A stretch of 64,000 bases of DNA from Octopus sinensis. Taxonomy: Eukaryota. The stretch's first letter is position 1, and every line of letters starts with the position of its first letter. The notes under the pieces are model-generated. The model had not been told where the DNA came from. It ran no database searches and saw only the letters and a program-made list of their open reading frames with translations. This document shows, in pieces, positions 13,991-27,955 of this stretch. The position numbers were made by a program, and so were the translations under genes. Where the stretch lies: positions 6,944,001 through 7,008,000 of the forward strand of contig NC_043006.1 of NCBI RefSeq assembly GCF_006345805.1, given 5' to 3'.

Positions 13991-14565
13991 CAATTTAAAT
14001 ACCTCTATGATCTGTAATACTCTAATTAGAACAGAAATCAAGTAAACAATAGTAAGTAACTAAACTAATTAAATATGAACTCCTACCTAAACGAAACTTA
14101 ATTAAAAAGAGTGAATAGGACAATAAGAGAATAAAATTAACGATATCCCTAAAATTAATTAAATTATAAAATTAGCAAAGTAAATAATAGACCAATTGCT
14201 CATTATTAACAGTAGTAGTAGTAGTAGTAGTAGTAGTACCAGCAGCAGAGAAGCAGCAGCAGCAGTAGTAGTACTAGTAGTAGTAGTAGTGGTGGTGGTG
14301 GTGGTAGTAGTGGTAGAATACTAACATCACGTGTTCGAAATATTTTGGTTGGACTTGTGTTTAGTTCTGATGGAATTTAAAATGCAGTTAATAGTACGCT
14401 GAAGAAGCAGCATCAGTAATTAATAGCAAAATGCACACCAAGAAACAAACTTCTGCAGTGTGCACTGACATAAAACAGAAACATATGTAGGTAGTAAAAT
14501 GGAAAGGAGTGATTACCTGCAGAATAATCTCTGGATTTAAAAATCTCTAATACAGTGCTATACTT

Positions 14566-14865
14566 ACATTATTTACATTTGACGGATATTTGTCCTAATC
14601 TTGTTTGTTAACACAACGTTTTGACTAATATACCATCCAGCCTTCATCAGGTGTGTAGGAGTTTCGGACCTGGGTTCTCTTTCCTAAGGCATTTTTCGAT
14701 GTTGGTGTTATTATCAGGTGACTGTTTAAAATTGAACTCGGGATCTTAGAGTTTGTAGCCCGCGCTCTTAACCACTATGCCATATGCCCATGGGCAATTA
14801 TGGAGTGAATTTTAGGGCTTATAAATCTAATATTAGGAAATCTAAAATAGGAAATTAATTATTAA

Positions 14866-14868
<3 letters not shown>
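14566..14868 (-). mobile_element. Composite element: tRNA-like head upstream of a hammerhead-bearing Penelope-like tail
   Basis: A box TGGCATAGTGG (14772-14782), B box GAGTTCAATT (14730-14739), then CTGATGA core at 14644-14650. Confidence 0.6.
14611..14654 (-). ncRNA. Minimal hammerhead motif, probably inactivated (G12A)
   Basis: ACAC|CTGATGA|A|GGCT..AGTC|AAAAC|GTT|GTGT; perfect CUGAUGA and 4-bp helix I, but AAAAC instead of GAAAC. Confidence 0.55.
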
Positions 14869-14929
<61 letters not shown>

Positions 14930-15806
14930 CTCGGACAGTGAGAATGAGTGCTCGACACCGTATTGGCTCATATTCTTTGATGGTTAAAAAGGTTACGATT
15001 TTTTTAACGCAAAGAGTACAACATATAAGATATCCCCGAAGGTACACGAGATTCGCAAGGATATCGCAATTAGTTAATTAAAGATATTAATTATTCTAGA
15101 TGAGTGCAATTCCCTGCAACAGCCAGAGCTAATGCACTGGAGATAACACTCGACATATTCATATAAGTTACCTCACGTGCGCTCTACATGTGTTCGAAGT
15201 ATTGTTCAGACGTACGTAGTTGCCTTGTGTATTCCCATCAAATAGGCACATTCGAAAAGTTCGGAAGATCTCATTATATGAAACCATTGGTAGACATGTT
15301 AACCCACAAATAAATTATATATACATATGTATACATTGATACAAACAGATATAGAAATTTATATATGCATGCGAGCGTATGTGAGTGTGCGATTGCGTGT
15401 AGGTATGTATGAATAAGAGCATAAAGTCATCAATTGCATTATATATTCCTCATTAATATTATATCAGAAAATACCATTTTATTAGAAATACCTTAGATAT
15501 ATAATTCTGCGGGTACTTCTCTGAACATGTTTCGCTGTATAGATTGGTATTAACCGAAATAACTGTAGCCATTTCTCAGCCGAGATTACCTCTACACAAC
15601 TGGAAATCGCCACTCAAACATAAATAGCTTCTATAGATGTTATACAAATATCTGGAATGGAAAGTCCATGCTTTTCTACATTTATTCTTCCTATTTGATG
15701 CAGCAGATTACATGCATATTGTACAAGACTATGGGAAAGTATTAGCGTCGTAATCCGAATAATCTTATCCAATTAACTTTCTTTACTTATCTGTACGTAA
15801 ACGCGC

Positions 15807-15849
<43 letters not shown>

Positions 15850-15882
15850 TACATGCATATATATATATATACATGCATATAT

Positions 15883-15925
<43 letters not shown>

Positions 15926-15980
15926 GCATATGTATATATATATATGCATGTATATATATATATATATATATATATATGCA

Positions 15981-16035
<55 letters not shown>

Positions 16036-16980
16036 GTATATATGGATATATGGATATATAGATATATGCATATATGTATATATATAATGCATATATGCAT
16101 ATATATTATATTTACAAGCATACATATAAGGAGAGAGGAGTGGGGGAGAGATTTAAATACGTAGATGCGTAGAAAGACACACAGACAGAGAGAAAGAGAG
16201 ATATACTTAGAAATACATACATAGATAAATAGAAAGCGTGATTTATAATTATAAGTGGATGTATTCCATTTTTGTTTCAGATATACGAAATTCCAACCTG
16301 ACTCGATTCACTATATCCAGAAAATAAAAGTCAGCAGATACCCAATGCAGTCTGTGATGTTGCTTCCCATTCCTTATTTATATATTAAGAAAGAAAATCA
16401 TGCATCACATTCGTACCAACTTTTCGTTTGCTATTCAACGGAAGCTTTAATGCATAGAATACATTTAATCAGTGGTGTTTAGATTTCACGATTTAAAGAA
16501 TACTGATCAGCTGTTACTGATGTTGCCTACAAGCCCAGGCTGCATTAAAACCTGTAATGAAACCGTCTTTGTTATATCTACAATGGATTTGGTTAATAAA
16601 AAATATTCTCTTTCTCGGAAAAAAATTAGATGATATGGCAAAAAGAAATTAATACCCAAACATAAGGCAACAGTCGGTATTGATGTATAAGGATCAGGCT
16701 ACCTACATTTTCTTTGCCAGTTATGATGCTTATGTCGAAAGTGGTATTTGAGTTAAGCCGGTAGATGTTGCATGTATGAGGATGACAGGTCAGTACAGGA
16801 GTTCTATTTGCAGTCCCCTTTATCTGTTGCCTTGTAGCCCTAAGCTTGTTAAATACTGGTTGAATCAAAATCTCTTATACCCTTTTGACACGACGATCTC
16901 AATTTTGTTCGTTTCTAGACTGTTTGTTTAATGTACACACGTATAATAATGGGATGAATTTAGTTAACGTTAACATATGT

Positions 16981-17370
16981 GGATTGGAAGCACTTCGTCG
17001 GTTACGACGACGAGGGTTCCGGTTGATCCGAATCAACGGAACAGCCTGCTCGTGAAATTAACGTGTAAGTGACTGAGCACTCCACAGACACGTGCACCCT
17101 TAACGTAGTTCTCGGGGATATTCAGCGTAACACAGAGAGTGACAAGGCCGGCCCTTTGAAATACAGGTACAACAGAAAAAGGAAGTAAGAGTGAGAGAAA
17201 GTTGTGGTGAAAGAGTACAGCAGGGATCACCACCATCCCCTGCCGGAGCTTCGTGGAACTTTTAGGTGTTTTCGCTCAATAAACACTCACAACGCCCGGT
17301 GTGGGAATCGAAACCGCGATCCTATGACCGCGAGTCCGCTGCCCTAACCACTGGGCCATTGCGCCTCCAC
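16981..17370 (-). mobile_element. Full-length tRNA-derived SINE, family C head with alternative long tail; 10-bp TSD
   Basis: Head GGAGGCGCAATGGCCCAGTGGTTAGGGCAGCGGACTCGCGG; TSD taacatatgt at 16971-16980 and 17371-17380. Confidence 0.9.
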
Positions 17371-17855
17371 TAACATATGTAAATGTGTGATCATCGAAGA
17401 GATAATTAGAATCACTCAATAACGAAAAGACAACACTGCTACAATTAGCGATATTTTCAAATCATTTTGTCAAGTACTGAAAGAGAGCAAACGTATGAGA
17501 TATTCTCAGAAAGGCATACATGGCATCCGCCGCATCTGATATACTGATGTCACAATCTGAAATCGATGTATAATATTGAAAATGGGGGAGGCGGAAACAA
17601 ATGGAATATCTAAATATATGAATGACCCTTTCGAAGTTACGCCCAGTTCTGAGAATCACGGAAAATAATAGCGACGTTCGTGGAAACAACTTAATAGTTA
17701 GGAAGAACAGGAATCGAAAGAGAGCTCACAGATATATTACTGTCTGACAAGTGTCATTGAGTGATGGTATGCCAACCAGACTCTTACAACGAATGGAGTG
17801 TAGCCAAAATTATAAATGTATGTATCACACATACAGAATTACGCATACATACAAT

Positions 17856-17959
<104 letters not shown>

Positions 17960-18182
17960 ATATACATATATTATATATACATTATATATATATATATATA
18001 TACTATATACACATTCACATTACGCTTTATATGTACTCGTATGCATAAACTATGGTCTGTCTCTCTGTGATATATATACGTCATACATACCTATAGTGTG
18101 TGTGTATGTTTGTTTGTGAATGTATATATTATATATATGAATATATATATATATATAGATACATACATACATATATACATAT

Positions 18183-18227
<45 letters not shown>

Positions 18228-18864
18228 TATACACATATGTACCATATGTGCGTATATATATACATACACATGCACGTAGATACATACTTACATACACATA
18301 TGCACACATACATATATACATACATGCATACATACAAATACGAATATATATTGATATACATTCAAGAGACTAGAATTGTATACGAAATTAGTTGTCAATA
18401 TTTGATTTGTAAGTGGTTTGGCATAAATTTTCAGACAATCGCTTGGCCGGTGGACAATATATAGGTCGTTATATAACTTCATATCTTATCTGTCCAGGCA
18501 CACCCCTACACACATATATTAATGTGTTTGTCTTTATCTCAAGTTATATATATAATCAATGTAGCAATAATGTGAAGGGTTAATGCTTTATCTCAGAGAA
18601 CGCATTAAAATTTTACATGAGGATACGTGACAGAGACTTCAAAATTTTAGCTCGAATCTTTCGTCAGACTGTAATACACGCGGGTTAATTTTGGGTTTTC
18701 ATAGTCATGGGAAGTTGTTTCACTAGTGTAGGTGGAGGTTTGTGAACTGTGCCATATCAGGGCAAAATACGAACAGAAATTCGGGAGAAGAGGAGAGGAG
18801 GGAAGTATGTTTGTAGAGTGCGTGCTGTGAGTAAGTTATTATTTTCTGTTCTATGCAAAAGCTA

Positions 18865-19087
18865 CATAATTTATCGATCCCGAAAGGATGAAAGGCAAAG
18901 CCGACCTCCGCGGAATTTTAAATCACAATGTAGATATACGAAAAACAAAATATTCTTTTCTACTCTAGGCACAAGGCCCGAAATTTTGGCGGAGAGGAGC
19001 CAGTCGATTTGATCGACCTCAGGGCGCAATTGGTACTTAATTTCTCGCCCCCAAAAAGCTGACCTCGGCAGAATTTGAACTCAAAAC
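18865..19087 (-). mobile_element. SINE family B fragments (second tail type)
   Basis: atttatcgatcccgaaaggatgaaaggc and tactctaggcacaaggcccgaaatttt segments. Confidence 0.75.
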
Positions 19088-19130
<43 letters not shown>

Positions 19131-19260
19131 TATTATATATATATACATATATATAAATAAGCAACTGCTTATTTTGATTTTAATCACCTTATTTGAAATT
19201 GTATGGATAATACCATGCTAAATTCTGGTGCCTCAACTTAAGTACCATAATCATATATAG

Positions 19261-19301
<41 letters not shown>

Positions 19302-19492
19302 TAATTATATATATATATGTACGTTTAATATTTGTTGTGCAAGATTTTTATGTGAAGTCGTGTGTTGAAACAGATATTGTTATATTTCGGAATGGTCATA
19401 TGCCAGTTTAGCCAATAAAACCCCACGCACATATATTGGTGTTATTTTGCTTCAGTGATATTATTTTTTACATTATCTTAATCTTATTTCGG

Positions 19493-19534
19493 CCAAAGTT
19501 CTTTCGTCACACTCCTATGTGACCGCATCAGTGG
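19493..19534 (-). ncRNA. Decayed hammerhead motif (A9C) in a short element next to (TA)n (about 19325-19560)
   Basis: CCA|CTGATGC|G|GTCAC ATAGGAGT GTGAC|GAAAG AA CTT|TGG. Confidence 0.45.
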
Positions 19535-20075
19535 TCTTTGTTTTTCTCACTTACTTGTGTTCTCCTTACTAACCGTCAGCCATTTTATATTTCTATTGTA
19601 TGTCTTCATTTGCGCATGTTTTATATCTCTATGTGCGTCTTATGTTTATTTAGTGTGTGTGTGGGGGGATGCTGTAATATTGTATCTTTGGTATATACTT
19701 CTTGTAATTTGTATTTTGTTTTTGTTGTGTTGCTTTTGTTCTAATTTTGTTCATGTGTTTACATCCACCCATTATTATCATTACATATGCTTGTAATATG
19801 TATAACAAACAATATTAGTAATAATAATAATAAATCTAATGGATAAAAAAAAAAAGGGATATTACATATACATATATAATATAATACACATACATATACA
19901 TATAATATATATACATATACACACACATATATACACATATACATAGACATATATATACACATATACATTATAGAGATATCATTTCTATTTCTTAATTACC
20001 TGTGTATTTATTATGTTTGCAGGATCACTATGTCATATGTTGTGTGTGTGCGCTATTGCTCCATTCTAGTTTCTA

Positions 20076-20175
20076 NNNNNNNNNNNNNNNNNNNNNNNNN
20101 NNNNNNNNNNNNNNNNNNNNNNNNNNNNNNNNNNNNNNNNNNNNNNNNNNNNNNNNNNNNNNNNNNNNNNNNNNN
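20076..20175. other. Assembly gap (100 N)
   Basis: Run of exactly 100 N, a placeholder size. Confidence 1.
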
Positions 20176-21457
20176 TACAATGGATTTGGTTAATAAAAAA
20201 TATTCTCTTTCTCGGAAAAAAATTAGATGATATGGCAAAAAGAATTAATACCCAAACATAAGGCAACAGTCGGTATTGATGTATAAGGATCAGGCTACCT
20301 ACATTTTCTTTGCCAGTTATGATGCTTATGTCGAAAGTGGTATTTGAGTTAAGCCGGTAGATGTTGCATGTATGAGGATGACAGGTCAGTACAGGAGTTC
20401 TATTTGCAGTCCCCTTTATCTGTTGCCTTGTAGCCCTAAGCTTGTTAAATACTGGTTGAATCAAAATCTCTTATACCCTTTTGACACGACGATCTCAATT
20501 TTGTTCGTTTCTAGACTGTTTGTTTAATGTACACACGTATAATAATGGGATATGAATTTAGTTAACGTTAACATATGTGGATTGGAAGCACTTCGTCGGT
20601 TACGACGACGAGGGTTCCGGTTGATCCGAATCAACGGAACAGCCTGCTCGTGAAATTAACGTGTAAGTGACTGAGCACTCCACAGACACGTGCACCCTTA
20701 ACGTAGTTCTCGGGGATATTCAGCGTAACACAGAGAGTGACAAGGCCGGCCCTTTGAAATACAGGTACAACAGAAAAAGGAAGTAAGAGTGAGAGAAAGT
20801 TGTGGTGAAAGAGTACAGCAGGGATCACCACCATCCCCTGCCGGAGCTTCGTGGAACTTTTAGGTGTTTTCGCTCAATAAACACTCACAACGCCCGGTGT
20901 GGGAATCGAAACCGCGATCCTATGACCGCGAGTCCGCTGCCCTAACCACTGGGCCATTGCGCCTCCACTAACATATGTAAATGTGTGATCATCGAAGAGA
21001 TAATTAGAATCACTCAATAACGAAAAGACAACACTGCTACAATTAGCGATATTTTCAAATCATTTTGTCAAGTACTGAAAGAGAGCAAACGTATGAGATA
21101 TTCTCAGAAAGGCATACATGGCATCCGCCGCATCTGATATACTGATGTCACAATCTGAAATCGATGTATAATATTGAAAATGGGGGAGGCGAAAACAAAT
21201 GGAATATCTAAATATATGAATGACCCTTTCGAAGTTACGCCCAGTTCTGAGAATCATGGAAAATAATAGCGACGTTAGTGGAAACAACTTAATAGTTAGG
21301 AAGAACAGGAATCGAAAGAGAGCTCACAGATATATTACTGTCTGACAAGTGTCATTGAGTGATGGTATGCCAACCAGACTCTTACAACGAATGGAGTGTA
21401 GCCAAAATTATAAATGTATGTATCACACATACAGAATTACGCATACATACATAATAT

Positions 21458-21547
<90 letters not shown>

Positions 21548-22634
21548 TCACATTACGCTTTATATGTACTCGTATGCATAAACTATGTGTCTGTCTCTCT
21601 GTGATATATATACGTTCATACAACCTATATGTGTGTGTGTATGTTTGTTTGTGAATGTAATATATATATTATATGAATATATATATATATATTATATAGC
21701 TACATACATACATATATACATATATACATATATACATATATATAATATATATATATATATCTATATATATATACATAATATACACATATGTACCATATGT
21801 GCGTATATATATACATACACATGCACGTAGAGACATACTTACATACACATATGCCACACATACATATATACATACATGCATACATACAAATACGAATATA
21901 TATTGATATACATTCAAGAGACTAGAATTGTATACGAAATTAGTTGTCAATATTGATTTGTAAGTGGTTTGGCATAAATTTTCAGACAATATACTTGCCG
22001 GTGGACAATTATAGGTCGTTATATAACTTCATATCTTATCTGTCCAGGCACACCCCTACACACATATATAATGTGTTTGTCTTTATCTCAAGTTATATAA
22101 TAATCAATGTAGCAATAATGTGAAGGATTAATGCTTTATCTCAGAGAACGCATTAAAATTTTACATGAGGATACGTGACAGAGACTTCAAAATTTTAGCT
22201 CGAATCTTCGTCAGACTGTAATACACGCGGGTTAATTTTGGGTTTTATAGTTAATGGGAAGTTGTTTCACTAGTGTAGGTTGGAGGTTTTGTGACTGTGC
22301 CATATCAGGGCAAAATACGAACAGAAATTCGGGAGAGAAAAGGAGAGGAGGGAAGTATGTTTGTAGAGTGCGTGCTGTGATAAGTTATTATTTTCTGTCT
22401 CATGCAAAGCTACATAATTTATCGATCCCGAAGGATGAAAGGCAAAGCGACCTCCGCGGAATTTGAAAATCACAATGTAGATATACGAAAAACAACAAAA
22501 TATTCTTTTCTACTCTAGGCACAAGGGCCCGAATTTTGGCGGAGAGGAGCCGTCGATTTGATCGACCTCAGGGCGCAATTGGTACTTTATTTTCTCGCCC
22601 CCAAAAAGCTGACCTCGGCAGAATTTGAACTCAA

Positions 22635-22682
<48 letters not shown>

Positions 22683-22799
22683 TATATATATATTATATAT
22701 ATACGTTATATAAAATAAGCAACTGCTTATTTTGATTTTAATCACCTTATTTTGAAATTGTATGGATAATACCATGCTAAATTCTGGTGCCTCAACTTA
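20176..22799. repeat. Copy 2 of the 2.6-kb duplication (includes SINE 20579-20968 with the same TSD)
   Basis: Begins exactly at the gap edge; differs from copy 1 by a few substitutions, microsatellite lengths and many 1-bp indels. Confidence 0.95.
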
Positions 22800-22918
22800 C
22801 TTAAGGCCATATATATCATATATAGATATATATATATATATATATATTATATATAGATATATATATAATATATAATATATATGTATATAGTATATATATA
22901 TATATATTATATATATAT

Positions 22919-22952
<34 letters not shown>

Positions 22953-22960
22953 CATATATA

Positions 22961-23016
<56 letters not shown>

Positions 23017-23050
23017 CATATATATATACATATATATATGTATATATATG

Positions 23051-23104
<54 letters not shown>

Positions 23105-23836
23105 TATATATATATATATAGATATATATATATATAGATATATATTATATATATTTACACGCTTTGTATTCTAAATGAATATAGTAAAAGCATCCACATA
23201 TACATATATGCGTGTGCGTATATTGTATTTCTTTAATACTGCTAGTTCTCGGGTTGCGATTATTTGGACCCTGCTAAAATGCATCACTCTTCTATATTTT
23301 GTTGGAGAGTTTGGACCTTTCGCAATTGTGTGTATTGATCTCATATATCCATCAACGCCCCCTGCTGAAAACATATCAAAATACATAGGAATAAGAAACT
23401 TTCGACAGTCTTCCGTAGCGGTATTTCTTCTATCTTTATGTTTTGAGTTCAAATTCCGCCGAGGTCAGCTTTTTGGGGGCGAGAAATTAAGTACCACTTT
23501 CAAACGATGAATAGCCCATGCGCAAACCAATTGGTTCGGTTTGGTCTCTTACTTTATTATTATTAACTTCTTATAATCATCTCATAATAATGACCTTTAT
23601 GACTCGTATTACTACCTCCGTCAATCTAAATGTATATATTTGTCACTACCTGTCATAAATAGCCTTTTTCTATCTGCAATATGCATTTTCGTTGATTTTC
23701 ATATTTTACCCCTATATATATTATATATATATAATATATATATTATATAATATCTGTGTGTGTTTGTGTGTGTGGTTATGTGTGTGTGTGTATGTGTGTG
23801 TGTGTGTGTGTGTGTGTTTGTGTGTATACATATATT

Positions 23837-24996
23837 CATGGAGTGGACAAAATAATGGAAGCGCCTTAAAATTTCAAACAAATTTATTTTAATATGGGGT
23901 AGGACCACCTTTGACAGTAATTACAGCTTGAATTCTACGAGGTATGAACTCGTACAAAGTTTGAATTGTTTCGAAAGGAAATTTTGTCCATTCTTCAACT
24001 AAAACAGTCTTCTGTTTTTGTAGTGATCATGGTGGAAGATATCGACTCCTTACTGGTTTTTCTAAAATGCACCATAAATGTTCAATAATATTGAGATTTG
24101 GGGAGTGTGGTGGCCAGATAAGATATTCAACTTCACTAGAATGTTCTTCGTGCCATTCAGTAACAACTTTCGCTGTGTGAATACCATAGGATGAATTTGA
24201 TCAGATAAAATGCTCAAATAGACTTGACTATTCATTCTACCATGAAAGGAAACCAGTGGGCCAGCGGAGTTCCAAGATATAGCCTCCTAGATCATCACAG
24301 ATCCTCCTCCATGTTTAACAGTTGGAAGAAGGCAGTCTGGATCAAATGCTTCCTTTGGCTCTCTCCACACACATACTCGGCTGGTGGTTGGAAATAAGGT
24401 AAAGGATGACTCTTCCGAGAAAATAACACTCCTCCACTGCTCTTGGAACCAATTCTGTTGGTTTTTACTCCACTTTAAACGATTTTCAACGTTTGTTTAG
24501 GAGGGTAGTGGTTTATTGATTGCAGCCCTCTCGTGAAATCCGGCTTTGTGCAGCTCCCGCAGAGCAGTTTTTGTAGAAACTGGGTTCTCGAGGTCATTAT
24601 TAAGCTCTGCAGTAGATTTAGCAGCTGTACTTTTGTGATCTTTTCAAAAAATTCGCGTAAGAGTCTATCTGAAAGTTTTGGTTTTCTTCCGGTGTTTTGT
24701 TTCGACGAGGAGTTTTTCCATCTTTCTCAAAGGCTGTGATTACTTTCGAGACAATACTATTTGATACACCAAACATTTCGGCCGTTTTCATTACGCTAGC
24801 GCTTACCATACAAGCACCAACAATTTGACCTCTTTGAAAGTCCAATAGATCTGTCATTTTAATTAATTCTAATTACCTTATTTTGAACAGTAATTTTAGC
24901 AACACAAATAATAAACAAGCTTTTTACTGTTTTACAGATATTTTAAAATTATGATTGTATGATGCTAGGTGTTTCCATTATTCTGTCCAGCCCTTG
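23837..24996 (-). mobile_element. Tc1-family DNA transposon with both TIRs and a defective transposase
   Basis: TIRs CATGGAGTGGACAAAATAATGGAAGCGCC / CAAGGGCTGGACAGAATAATGGAAACACC, TA at the right end. Translation gives DLLDFQRGQIVG, VIFSEESSF, TVKHGGGSVM, WPPHSPNLNIIEHLW, KGGPTPY; stops and frameshifts; FQDDNAP segment missing. Confidence 0.92.
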
Positions 24997-25239
24997 TATT
25001 TATATATATATTATATATAAACATTTACACCATATTTATTTGTTTACGTGTGTATGTGTGAATGTGATGAGAGAGCGACAGAAATGTTAATATTACGGTA
25101 GAGAGCATATACATTACATACGTATATATAATATATATACATACATACATACATACATATTAATATATATATATATATATATAATATATATATTGTGTGG
25201 TGTGTGGTGTGTGTGTGTGTGTGTGTGTGTATAAACTAT

Positions 25240-25882
25240 TTTGTCTGGAGAGAGTCATTTTCTTTTTGTGCCTTATAATTTAACAAACGTACCGGTAAAA
25301 TTTTCACTTATTTCTTATTTTGTGTGCATTTCTATGTATTCTGCATATTTATGTGCATGCATGTCCGTGTTTCTGTATTTTCTATGTGCATGTGTATTTA
25401 TACACTTACACATACACACACATACACAATCACGGACATGAAAGCACATGAATATGCACAATACATACATACGGATGCACACACATACATACATATATAT
25501 ACATATGCATACACACATGTATACATACATGTATACATACACATGCATACATACATACACACATACATCATACATACTACATACATACGTACGTGCATGC
25601 TTGCATGCATAGGCGCACACACACACACACTGACCCACACACATGCGCACAAACAAACAAAAAGGAACGCAGTGTAAATAACGGACAGAGTCAAGACTAT
25701 TGAAAAAGTTGCAAGACACAACGCAAATTTTAGGAAAACAAAAATAATAAATAAGTGGAAATTTTACCGGTGAGTTTGTTAAATTAAAAGGCACAAAAAG
25801 AAAATGACTCTCCCAGACACAACAGTATATGCTTCAACACACGAATTCTATAAAGAAACTTGCAAACCATATCCAAAACGAA
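25240..25882. mobile_element. Short element with internal inversion, about 80-bp inverted repeats (25240-25322 / 25740-25822)
   Basis: gagagtcattttctttttgtgcctt..accggtaaaattt versus aaattttaccggt..aaggcacaaaaagaaaatgactctc; homologous to 11255-11470. Confidence 0.75.
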
Positions 25883-25949
<67 letters not shown>

Positions 25950-25952
<3 letters not shown>

Positions 25953-26326
25953 TACTGTCAGAAATTAATTAGCACCCTTGATTTGCTCTTCACTCAGGTA
26001 TGTGCTGTCACCTAGTGGCCATATCTCGAACTATTGCTTTGTTGGCGAGTTCACTGTTGCGCAGAACGATGACGTAACTTTGTTTGCAGAGCAGTTTGAT
26101 AGTCTACAGCCTTATGATGTTGACATAGCAGTGCAACAACAACTTGGAGTGCGGATGCAGACAAATCTTCCTTTGTTTAATAGATATAGGTAGCGCCTCG
26201 CAAGGACCGAAATCACACCATACTAAGTTTTCTCATCGCGTAAGACGTTTTGAACAGCTCATAGGTTAATTGATTTAACCTATTTAATGTAGAAATTTGA
26301 GAAGTACTAATTAATTTCTGACGCAA

Positions 26327-26329
<3 letters not shown>
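25950..26329. mobile_element. Tc1/mariner-type MITE in (TA)n
   Basis: TIRs CACTACTGTCAGAAATTAATTAGCAC / CACTTGCGTCAGAAATTAATTAGTAC, TA context, no coding capacity seen. Confidence 0.8.
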
Positions 26330-26361
<32 letters not shown>

Positions 26362-27604
26362 TGTGTATGTGTTAGATAGGGGAGAGGAGGAAGAGGAGAG
26401 AGAAAGCCACTAACTTCTATTATGTATAAATGTACTTCAGTGTGCGGAAATGTAGAGAATAATACTTACGAATGTCCACAGATGTAAACTAAGTTGATTT
26501 GCAAGCTTACGACTTATTAGGCAGAAATAAAGTATAAAATGCGTTTTGCCATTATTTATCCAATTCAATAAAGCGCATTTTTTTTTCATGCGATAAACGT
26601 CACAAATAGCATTCACAAGCACAAAACTAAAGACACATATATGAACATAACATACACACACCTCTATATACATTATATATATATATATATATTATATATA
26701 TATATGTGTGGTGTGTGTGTGTGTGGTGTGTGTGTGTTGTGTGTGTGTGTGTGGTGGTGTTATGTATGTATGTATGTATGCAAACATAAATATGCCTGCC
26801 TAAATCTCACTCTAAATGTCGTTTATCTTCCCCCCTCTCTCCCTCTCTCTCTCCTTCTCACTATATATATGTATATATTTATATACATACATATATATGT
26901 GTGTATATATATATAAGAGAAAATGTGAGTTCAAAAACAACAATTCAAACATTTTGGTGGATCCAGAAAGAGGGAAAAGGTGATTTCTAATAAGGATTCA
27001 CCATATTCACGAAAATCAGCCAAAACAGGTAATAAGAAAACGAAAATAAAATTTCAGGTGATTCGTTAAAGGTATAAGAATATACCATAAACAAGTATAA
27101 AAAATAGAGAAAAGGTGTTGGAACATAAACTGATTTATTATAAATATGGATTCAATTCATACGTACGTTTCGAAAAACAAGGCAAAAAGGTAAGAAAATT
27201 TTCAATCATAGTGACTATAATTGAAAAAAAAAAAAAAATAATAAATAAATATAAAATTTAAAATTTAATTTATGCATTGTTATTCTCATGGGTGAGGAAT
27301 CCTTTGAAGAACATCAAAACAGTTTAATAAGATGAAGTAAAATGAGATAAAAATAAAATAAAATAATAATAAAATAAGATACAATAAGAGAACACAGATG
27401 TTGCAATAAGGGAAATCGGGTAATTTACAAACCAAGTTGTGAACGGGAACAAGAATATCAAGAATAATAATGGTGAGACAGACGGAAAATGAAAATAAAA
27501 ATAAAAATACTATCAATGTGTTTGCAATTTTATATATGCAGTGAAACTATAACATGAGAATCTAACGGATGCGTTTTAAAAATATATATATATATATATA
27601 TGTA

Positions 27605-27637
<33 letters not shown>

Positions 27638-27905
27638 GTGTTAGAATCTCGCGAGTAACCATTCACAGATTGCAGTTTCCATTTGTTACGTGCCTTTCGA
27701 ACACATGAAGAATGGAAATTCTAAATATATCTTTCAGCTCTAAATATATCTTCTCCCATTTTGCATCAATTTAGCTCAAATGCATGCTAATTTATGCAAC
27801 TATTCAACTATGCTTTCAAACAAACACACGCGCAAAGGGACGTTTACGCATGGATACACACTCACACATATATATATATATAAGTATGTGCGTGTGCATA
27901 TATAC

Positions 27906-27939
<34 letters not shown>

Positions 27940-27955
27940 ATATATATATGAATAA

